From the NCBI GenBank assembly GCA_000092065.1, contig CP000586.1: 64,000 nucleotides of DNA. One strand, 5' to 3'. This document shows positions 58,401-64,000 of this stretch, in pieces. This DNA comes from Ostreococcus lucimarinus (Eukaryota). The position numbers were made by a program, and so were the translations under genes. Positions within the stretch are counted from its first letter, which is position 1. Every line of letters begins with the position of its first letter. A model generated the notes under the pieces. The model searched no databases. It was given only the letters and a program-made list of their open reading frames with translations, and had not been told where the DNA came from.

Positions 58401-59216
58401 CAACCGCGAGTACCCACCTATAGAACGCATCGACCGCCGCGCGCCCTGCAACGCCACCGCAGCGCTCGCGTCGTCGTCGTCATCACCGACGCTCAGGTTC
58501 GTCAAATATCTGGGCGTCACGAACGCGCTCGGTCCATCCTCATCCGGCGCCGTGACGTCGACGACGATTTCCTCCTCGTCGTTTTCCGCCGACTTCCTCC
58601 TCTTGATCAATCGTATGCTTCCCGGACACAGAATCGACATCGCGCGCGCGTCATCGACCGTCACCCTATCATCTTTCACCGCGTTCGCGATCACGCGCAT
58701 CGTCGGCTGCATGTGCTGCCTGTGCAAAAACATGCACGCGCGCGTAATCGCCTCGAAGCCCGCGCTCAACCGTCGAAGCGCCGCGCACGCGCGCGTCCCC
58801 CCTCCTTCGCTCGTCGACGCGCCCGCGCCCGTCACGATTTCATACGATCGATCGCTCGCACCGTTCGCGTCCCTTTCTGTGTCCTCGACGTCGTCATCGT
58901 CGCCGCGCGTCGCCGTCGTCTCGCGCCGCTCGCGCCGTCGCCGCCGCGTCTTCACCGCCGCGAACCCAAAAACCATCACCTCCGTCGCGTCGCCGCTCGC
59001 GCTCGCCCACGACGCCGTCCCTCGAAGCTCACCGTCGCGTCCGGTCGCGCAGACGCGCGCGCGGTGTTCGGGGAAGCCGTACGCGCGCGCGATGGCGCGT
59101 CGAACGTCGTCGATGGAAGATGTCCCAAAGTCATCCAACTCGACGCTTTTGACGACGCCGCGGACGTCCTTGGCGACGATGGTCGCGCGCGCGCGCGGCT
59201 CCGGCGTTGTGTTCAT
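55497..59216 (-). CDS. Hrq1/RecQ4-like ATP-dependent DNA helicase (DEAD/DEAH core, helicase C, MrfA-type Zn-binding DUF1998 C-terminus)
   Basis: Motif I region LFSHQARAIETVLDEREPRKHVIVASGTASGKSVCYNVP. DExH: LRYVVVDEAHAYSGVFGSHV. Helicase C motif VI region: LGFPGSVASLWQQAGRAGRREG. C-terminal Cys cluster: CGDADVGCECFSADLY…CACARADGCPRCVQRLSCDAHN. Ubiquitin-like N-terminal segment. Confidence 0.85.
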   Translation of the reverse strand: MNTTPEPRARATIVAKDVRGVVKSVELDDFGTSSIDDVRRAIARAYGFPEHRARVCATGRDGELRGTASWASASGDATEVMVFGFAAVKTRRRRRERRETTATRGDDDDVEDTERDANGASDRSYEIVTGAGASTSEGGGTRACAALRRLSAGFEAITRACMFLHRQHMQPTMRVIANAVKDDRVTVDDARAMSILCPGSIRLIKRRKSAENDEEEIVVDVTAPDEDGPSAFVTPRYLTNLSVGDDDDDASAAVALQGARRSMRSIGGYSRLLGEMTNRFGANFNRALATFATAFDRGLREVIEHVPFDVKEDTNLREILDAVLEIRAAESAATRNAPRGGLAVPPEAMDRPPAPPRIRAKRKKQNADDGPCCSTEPMDVDTFVDHLKTTLASSGQIVHVENIPAKPAARTPLASKLSDVTLAAFASAGIDIERKLFSHQARAIETVLDEREPRKHVIVASGTASGKSVCYNVPTIETLLADPTATALYMFPTKALAQDQLRALRNILSNIPRSEETVFEIGMYDGDVREDARTEVRENARLIITNPDMLHVSMLPSHKAWARVLSGLRYVVVDEAHAYSGVFGSHVALIIRRLRRLCSELYGSSPQFIISSATVANPLEHARDLIGYDGVHPERDVIEAVTNDGAPRGVKTFLLWNPMLKPGQSKQTNTERKFRRETVIERGKAALARRLREQHGANENVEDEKHDENDAKDGARTSPVVEISQLLAECVQHNLRCLAFCKTRKLCELVLVYTREILRSSAPHLADKVASYRGGYEAIERRAIEKELFSGVLLGVATTNALELGIDVGSLDVTLHLGFPGSVASLWQQAGRAGRREGHALSVYVAFDGPLDQHFMRQPRALFDAPLEMSYVWAENPTIVEQHLACAAYERPLFANPDVDEVYFGPKTREIAGKLARNKLMRDARSLVAWDLNAAIAQPLLAATDKTPALDVSVRTIEEERYEVIDIGGAREKVIASIEASKAFFEVYEGAVYTHQGRTLLCTKLDIPRRRAFVRMADVKYFTRVKHETTCAVPGGMRAYEETKDALSIKCDQVDIRTTFTGFSRVARGSQAKFDHEAFPPRTTEFRTVGTWLRIPDDVVTDASDAGIDLRAGVHAASHALLNALPLSVPCGDADVGCECFSADLYRHTSRYAPFRFLIYDRHLGGVGIAKRASALFSDLARVAVALVEHCACARADGCPRCVQRLSCDAHNAHINKKAALWLLRRVFANDLKPSDCVE

Positions 59217-59251
59217 CGCATGACGCGACGCGCGACGCGCGCGGGGAAGTG

Positions 59252-59253
<2 letters not shown>

Positions 59254-59303
<50 letters not shown>
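59254..59303. repeat. Microsatellite (GTC)n, about 17 units, in the spacer between the Hrq1 start and the kinase stop
   Basis: Direct reading: gtcgtcgtc… uninterrupted for about 50 nt. Confidence 0.9.
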
Positions 59304-59323
59304 TACAAGAGGACGCGAACGCG

Positions 59324-61006
59324 CTAGGCGAGTAAGAATGGGTGCGCGAGCGCGGCGCCGACGTCGAGCCTGCCGCGACGCAAAATATTACGCTTGGTGA
59401 CGAGCCTGCAAGCTAAATCCCACGCGATGCCGCCGTTGACGTCGAGGGCGGAAAAGTCCCAGTTGAGAGCCGACTCGACGTCGGCGCGCCACTTGCGTAA
59501 ATCGTAACCGGCGTCTTCGAGACGCCTTTGAAAGGCGCCGTTCGGAGCCATGACGTTCTTCCCGCGAAGCTGCGGAACGCCGAGCTGGAGGAGAATCAAA
59601 CCCGCGGAGTACGAGTCGAACAGTTGCGGCTGCGCGATGGTCCACAGAAGCGGGGCGAGGACGCCGGCGACGAGCGGGGGCGGCGCGGGCGTCTTTTCAG
59701 ACATGATGAATTGCTCGGGCGGAGAGTATTTGGGATCTAACAACCCTTGCTCGGGGTCGTAATTCTCTCCGCTTCGCAGATCGCACGCCGCGCCGAAATC
59801 GATGAGCTTGAATCGCTTGCCCATGAGCACCAAATTCGACGGTTTCAAGTCTCGATGCACGATGCCGATGTCGTGCAGCGCGGCGACGGTGCCCAACAAG
59901 TCTCTCATAATCTTCTTCGCGCACCGATTCGCGCGCTTCGCCTCGTCGTCGCCGTCGCGCGCGCGAATCCCCAGCGCGTCCTCCAGCGCGTCGGGAAACC
60001 CGCGGTCCTCCAGAAAGTCCTCCAGCGTCGCGTCGCCCTCTTCGCGCGCCCAGACCAAGCACGGCGACCGCGCGCCCTCGACTTCGTAATACGTCCCCAA
60101 AAATTTCGCGCACCCCGCCGCGACGAGCGGCGCGCGCGCGACGCGTCTATTGATGTACGCCTCGGCGTTCTGCAGCTCGCTCGCGCCCTCCACCGCGTTC
60201 GACTGCTTCACCACCACCGTTCGCCCGCTCTTCGAATCCTCCGCCTCGAACACCGTCCCGAAACTCCCCGCCCCCAACCTTCGCCCTCGACGCACGCTCG
60301 CCGCGTCGAACCTTCGCTCCAGCGCCCGCCCCACCGCGTTCGCCACCGTCTGATCGAACGCCCACGGCACGACTCCCGGCTTCGCGATCAGATAAAACGC
60401 CGCCGCCGCGTAAATCGCCAGCTCCGCCTCCGGTCCCAAGTCGCCCGCGTACAGCGCGTACCCGCTCGCTCGCTCCGCGCGCGCCTGCGCCGCGACCGTC
60501 TCTCGCACCCGCGCCGGCGCGTACCGCTCCCACGCCGGTCCGAGCGTTCGTTCGATCGCGATCGACGCCCGCGCGCTCGCGTCGACGACGGGCGCCGGCG
60601 CGTCGGGCAGCGCGCGCCGTAGCTCGCGCGCGCGACGCGTCTCCGTCGTCGTCGTCGTCGCGAGACGCGACGCCGCGTCGGCGCGCGCCGTCGTCGCGAT
60701 TTCATTATCGTTGCGACGCGTCGTCGTCTCGGTCGTCTCGGTCGTCGTCGTCGTCGTCGTCGTCGTTTCGGTCGTCGCGGATAACCTCGTCGACGTCGCG
60801 CGTCGTCGCGCCGCGCGACGCGCGCCGCGCGCGACGCGCGGCGCGCGCGCGACGCGGCGAAACGTTCGCGCGTCGGCGCGTGCGCTCGGCATCGCGACGC
60901 GCGACGCGTCGAAGCGTGCGGCGTCGAAGTGCGCGGCGTCGGCGGGACGGACGACGGCAGACGATGGCGCGCGCCGTCGCGGCGCGGTCGAGCGCGACGC
61001 GGTCAA
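59324..61006 (-). CDS. STN7/STN8-type thylakoid serine/threonine protein kinase (state-transition kinase-like) with transit peptide and poly-Thr linker
   Basis: Kinase subdomains: LGAGSFGTVFEAEDSKSGRTVVVKQ; IVHRDLKPSNLVLMGKRFKLIDFGAACDLRSGENYDPEQGLLDPKYSPPEQFIMSEKTPAPPPLVAGVLAPLLWTIAQPQLFDSYSAGLILLQLGVPQLR; GGIAWDLACRLV…AALAHPFL. These align colinearly with Arabidopsis STN7, as I recall it ([83 protein letters not shown]…GGIGWELL…AALAHPYF). The start may be the internal MPSARADARTF. Confidence 0.8.
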   Translation of the reverse strand: MTASRSTAPRRRAPSSAVVRPADAAHFDAARFDASRVAMPSARADARTFRRVARAPRVARGARRAARRRATSTRLSATTETTTTTTTTTETTETTTRRNDNEIATTARADAASRLATTTTTETRRARELRRALPDAPAPVVDASARASIAIERTLGPAWERYAPARVRETVAAQARAERASGYALYAGDLGPEAELAIYAAAAFYLIAKPGVVPWAFDQTVANAVGRALERRFDAASVRRGRRLGAGSFGTVFEAEDSKSGRTVVVKQSNAVEGASELQNAEAYINRRVARAPLVAAGCAKFLGTYYEVEGARSPCLVWAREEGDATLEDFLEDRGFPDALEDALGIRARDGDDEAKRANRCAKKIMRDLLGTVAALHDIGIVHRDLKPSNLVLMGKRFKLIDFGAACDLRSGENYDPEQGLLDPKYSPPEQFIMSEKTPAPPPLVAGVLAPLLWTIAQPQLFDSYSAGLILLQLGVPQLRGKNVMAPNGAFQRRLEDAGYDLRKWRADVESALNWDFSALDVNGGIAWDLACRLVTKRNILRRGRLDVGAALAHPFLLA

Positions 61007-63498
61007 GCGCGACGCGTCGACGCGCGCGGACGAGGCCGCGCGTCGTCGCGTCGCGGTCGAGCGCGGCGTCGCGCGCGCGCGGGCGCGCGACGACGCGATG
61101 GACGCGCGCGGCGGTTGACGACGACGACGACGGCGCGACGCGCGACGACGACGGCGCGACGCGCGGGACGACGCGCGCGACGACGACGGACGGCGACGGC
61201 GACGTCTCGGACGACGGCGACGACGAAACCGACGAGTTCGAGGAATACGAAGTCGAGGTGGATTACGAGCTGCGCGATTACGTCGACGACGCGCGCGCGA
61301 GCCTGGAGCGGTTGAGACCGGATTTCACGTGGGGCGCGTGCGAGGCGCGCGCGAGGGCGCGCGCGGAGGGGGGAGTGATGGGGTACGCGAGCGCGGCGGC
61401 GAGTAGCGGCGCGGCGGCGAGCGAACGGTTGGACGCGCACTCGGCGGTGGGGACGGCGGTGGCGCTGGGAGCGCTGTGGAGCGCGCGGGCGATTAGGATT
61501 GAGCTGGAGAAGCGAGGGCGGGCGGGGGGGGGGGCGGTGGTGGGGAAGGAGATGTCAGAGGAGGAGCGGGCGCGAGAGGCGGAACTGCGAGCGGAGCGAC
61601 GCGCGAGGGAAGCCGAGGCGGAGAAGGAGCGTCGACGCGCGAGAGACGAGGAAGAAGCCGCGGAGAAGGCTCGAGAGGAAGAGAGAATGCGTTTGCGAGC
61701 GGAAGCCGAGGCGAGAGCGGCGGAGGAGGAGGAAAAACGTCGAGAAGAAATGCGCGCGGAATTGCGCCGACGAAACGCCGAGGAAAAGGAACGGTTGGAG
61801 GCGAGGTTGAAAGCCGAGGCCGAGGCAAAGGCGGCGCAGCTCGCGGCGGAGCGCGCGGAGCGCGAGAAAGAGCGACTCGCGAGAGAAAAAGCGGAAGCAG
61901 AAGAGCTCGCCCGGCGCCAAGTCATCTGCGACGAGCGCGGCGAAGTCGAAATGACGGTGAGCGCGGACACAGAGGTGGTGATGAAGCGCGACAACGCCAC
62001 GGCGCCCGTGGAAGTCATCGTGACCGCGCGCGTCGGTATCAGCGAAGGTGCGACAGAAAGCGCGTCTTTCCGAAGCGCCGACGAAGCGCGCGTGGCGTCA
62101 CTTCCGCTGTGTTCCACCGTCGCCGCGAAAGCCATGACGGCGTACGGCTCGGACGCGCGCCTGCAAGACATGATGGGGAACGGGCCTTTGAGTCGACTTC
62201 CGGGCATGGACGATCTCGAGTTCGAACATTGGACGCGTGTCATGCAAGCGCGCATGGATAGCGAAATGCGGACGGCCATCGTGCGCTGCGGCGCCGCACT
62301 CGAAGTGAAGCTCCGTGAGAGTAAACGCGGCGGCACGGAGAAGAGCAAGGCGACGATTCGCTTCAAGCGCCGATGTCTACCGGCGGAAGACGAAGAGAAC
62401 ATCGTGCATCGAATGGAGTCCGCGGTGGACGCGGTGGCGGGTGAAATCATAGAAGAGATCGAAGGTCCGAGCGGTGGTTGCGATGCCGCGTCGGACATTC
62501 TCGCCGCGGTCGAGTTTTATGAGCTCGGACAACTGCACGGCTTGCATCCCTCCGTCGTATTCCCGGCAGAGCATCCGAAGACGGGGCTTTCTGGTGCGCT
62601 CATGGCGTCCATTTTGACGCTGTCGCACTTCATCAAGCGCGCTGAACGTGCGTACGCTGACGATATCCGCGTCGGCGAACGTGCGAGACAGCTCGCAGCC
62701 ACGCTCGTCGGCCGCTCCGCGAGCAAGCAAGGATCTTGGCGAGCGATGTATTTGGACGGTTTTACCGGCGACGCATTGACGTCAGCAGCGGCTATGGCGG
62801 ACACCGTGCTTCCAGAGGACGACGCCATTCGTATGTTTCTCAACGGCGCCGTCGAAGAACAGCGCCGAAGACTCGCGGGCGAAGAGCGCGCGTTCGAAGA
62901 AGAGTGGCCCGACGAAGACGAAGTTCGGAAGAAGCGCCTTAAGGAAATGCGAGAGAGTCAGCCCATCACGGAGCGTTTATACGCGTTGCGCAACTCAGCC
63001 TTACAACTCGCACAATCTGGTTCGAAAGACCAAGCGCGAATGATGCTCGAGGAAGCGTATGCGTTGCGCAAAAATGACGTAGCAAAGAACAACAAGGATC
63101 CAGAGAATACGGCGGAGACACTTCCAGAACTCATTGCTCTCGTACATTTGTTCGAAACACGTCAAGATTGGGCTGATGATTTACGAGCTATTCGACGAGA
63201 AGTTTTGAAAAGTGTTCGCGTCGCGACTGATGAAATCTCAGCCGATGGCGACGCGATCGCCGCTGTTGCGTTGCTTGAATCCGCTGTAGACGAATACGAA
63301 CCGTTTCTCGGCGAAGATGACGAATGTGTCGTCGCGTATCGAGCAGACGTCGATGCGATGTGGACGACAGCGGGTATCGACCCGGTCGAGCGCGACGAAT
63401 GTGGGGACGAGTGTATGGCGAACATCGTCGGCAGCGCCGGGGCCATCTCGATGCTTACGGAAAAATACACGAAAGAAATCGAAGTTCGTCGACGTTAG
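60964..63498 (+). CDS. Hypothetical protein with Arg/Ser-rich presequence, long Glu/Arg/Ala coiled coil and a globular C-terminal domain
   Basis: Start placed at MARAVAARSSATRSSATRRRARTRP (ATG at 60964). The 872-aa track ORF begins earlier in an Arg-rich stretch. The coiled-coil block is EAELRAERRAREAEAEKERRRARDEEEAAEKAREEERMRLRAEAEA…. The C-terminal 450 aa are of complex composition with no recognised family. The annotated start overlaps the kinase's first Met on the opposite strand, so at least one start is wrong. Confidence 0.5.
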   Translation: MARAVAARSSATRSSATRRRARTRPRVVASRSSAASRARGRATTRWTRAAVDDDDDGATRDDDGATRGTTRATTTDGDGDVSDDGDDETDEFEEYEVEVDYELRDYVDDARASLERLRPDFTWGACEARARARAEGGVMGYASAAASSGAAASERLDAHSAVGTAVALGALWSARAIRIELEKRGRAGGGAVVGKEMSEEERAREAELRAERRAREAEAEKERRRARDEEEAAEKAREEERMRLRAEAEARAAEEEEKRREEMRAELRRRNAEEKERLEARLKAEAEAKAAQLAAERAEREKERLAREKAEAEELARRQVICDERGEVEMTVSADTEVVMKRDNATAPVEVIVTARVGISEGATESASFRSADEARVASLPLCSTVAAKAMTAYGSDARLQDMMGNGPLSRLPGMDDLEFEHWTRVMQARMDSEMRTAIVRCGAALEVKLRESKRGGTEKSKATIRFKRRCLPAEDEENIVHRMESAVDAVAGEIIEEIEGPSGGCDAASDILAAVEFYELGQLHGLHPSVVFPAEHPKTGLSGALMASILTLSHFIKRAERAYADDIRVGERARQLAATLVGRSASKQGSWRAMYLDGFTGDALTSAAAMADTVLPEDDAIRMFLNGAVEEQRRRLAGEERAFEEEWPDEDEVRKKRLKEMRESQPITERLYALRNSALQLAQSGSKDQARMMLEEAYALRKNDVAKNNKDPENTAETLPELIALVHLFETRQDWADDLRAIRREVLKSVRVATDEISADGDAIAAVALLESAVDEYEPFLGEDDECVVAYRADVDAMWTTAGIDPVERDECGDECMANIVGSAGAISMLTEKYTKEIEVRRR

Positions 63499-63554
63499 GT
63501 GCGAGCGACGTTTCAATGAATATTCCTCTACGTATATGTACAACTTTCTAAGCG

Positions 63555-64000
63555 CTAACCCTCTTTCGACGAGCGCGAAAACATTCGCGAAAGACTTCTA
63601 TTGATTTCTGAGAATGCGTTTTGCGTCGCCTCGCCTACGGCTACCGCTGCTCGTTTTGTCGACTCTCCCGCCGCTACCAATGTCTTCTTCGCGGACTCAT
63701 CCCAAGTCTCCGGCGCTTGTTCGATGGTTTCTTGATCCTCCGATGCTGCTTCGCGAGCGATTTGCTCGGCGGCGGCGACAGATTCCGGCAACATGCACGT
63801 CATCGCCGTCGTCGCGGCGCGAATGGTGAGATACGACGACACCGCAGGGACTAACTCAGCGACAAGAATCGGTAAATTGTCCGCCGTGAAGACGCACTCC
63901 GACATGCGCTCGTAGAGCGACACAGGCAGCGCTTTGGCGAAGGCTTCTTCGGCGGCTCGATTCGCCTCCCCAGGGCTTCCTCCTTGCGCCTTTACGAAGA
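63555..64000 (-). CDS. Hypothetical protein, partial (5' end beyond the right window edge)
   Basis: Minus-strand frame is open from the window edge to the stop at 63555: …GSPGEANRAAEEAFAKALPVSLYERMSECVFTADNLPILVAELVPAVSSYLTIRAATTAMTCMLPESVAAAEQIAREAASEDQETIEQAPETWDESAKKTLVAAGESTKRAAVAVGEATQNAFSEINRSLSRMFSRSSKEG. The track ORF start at 63923 is a GTG. Confidence 0.4.
   Translation of the reverse strand, partial: FVKAQGGSPGEANRAAEEAFAKALPVSLYERMSECVFTADNLPILVAELVPAVSSYLTIRAATTAMTCMLPESVAAAEQIAREAASEDQETIEQAPETWDESAKKTLVAAGESTKRAAVAVGEATQNAFSEINRSLSRMFSRSSKEG

Noticed and set aside
62594-62638. GTGCGC…TTGACGC…AAG intron-like string inside the 60964..63498 gene
   Set aside because: Only 45 nt long, with the branch 20 nt from the AG. 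The region translates as a sensible continuous helix (GLSGALMASILTLSHFIKR). Treated as coding.
1-64000. Prokaryotic-style systems (operons, defence islands, CRISPR arrays, integrases/transposases, rRNA)
   Set aside because: Gene content, transit peptides, spliceosomal introns and eukaryote-specific proteins (eIF3i, ATG12, PROPPINs, HOP, GRWD1, SRRM2-like, DNAAF1) show this is eukaryotic nuclear DNA. No CRISPR-like periodic repeats, IS/transposase ORFs or rRNA-like segments were seen.

Overview
This 64 kb window is very GC-rich and reads as compact eukaryotic nuclear DNA, not a prokaryotic island. I called about 40 protein-coding genes on both strands. Intergenic spacers are short (about 100-350 bp) and slightly AT-richer, and many genes sit head-to-head. 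A few short introns (about 100-250 nt) lie near the 5' ends of genes. The gene content points to a flagellated green alga of the prasinophyte (Micromonas-like) type, but that is inference only. Supporting content includes plastid-type proteins with Ala/Arg/Ser-rich transit peptides: an OHP/ELIP one-helix protein, an STN7/STN8-like thylakoid kinase, plastidic PGK and adenylosuccinate synthetase, and a Toc64/AMI1-type amidase. It also includes a flagellar dynein assembly factor (DNAAF1/ODA7-like).

Recognisable genes, left to right:
- SHPRH-like SNF2/PHD helicase (3'-truncated at the left edge)
- C2-domain multi-pass membrane protein
- tandem-duplicated YjbQ/UPF0047 protein
- bacterial-type leucyl-tRNA synthetase
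- AMI1/Toc64-like amidase
- eIF3i
- adenylosuccinate synthetase (2 exons)
- J-like membrane protein (tentatively CPP1-like)
- large multi-TM protein
- Cwc21/SRRM2-like SR protein
- Mpv17/PMP22 protein with a zinc finger
- spermidine synthase (2 exons)
- ATAD5/Elg1-like AAA+ ATPase
- DNAAF1-like LRR protein (2 exons)
- two PROPPINs (FRRG motif) and ATG12
- DnaJ proteins
- a forkhead-like winged-helix protein
- HOP/STI1
- SRPBCC protein
- GRWD1/RRB1
- Xi-class GST
- PGK (2 exons)
- Eph-receptor-like cysteine-rich secreted protein
- 5-KH-domain protein
- RsmC-like methyltransferase
- helical-repeat (OPR/FAST-like) protein
- GT22 GPI mannosyltransferase
- Hrq1/RecQ4-like helicase
- a partial ORF at the right edge

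The most useful pattern is a shared intron grammar. The donor is GTGCG(T/C) or GTACG. A GACTGAC(G) branch motif lies 25-37 nt upstream of the AG acceptor. Four introns are supported by exact restoration of conserved ortholog sequence at the junction. I found no rRNA, CRISPR array or mobile element, and I could not systematically scan for tRNAs by eye. Many long ORFs in the supplied track are antisense or low-complexity shadows of real genes, an expected artefact of the high GC content.
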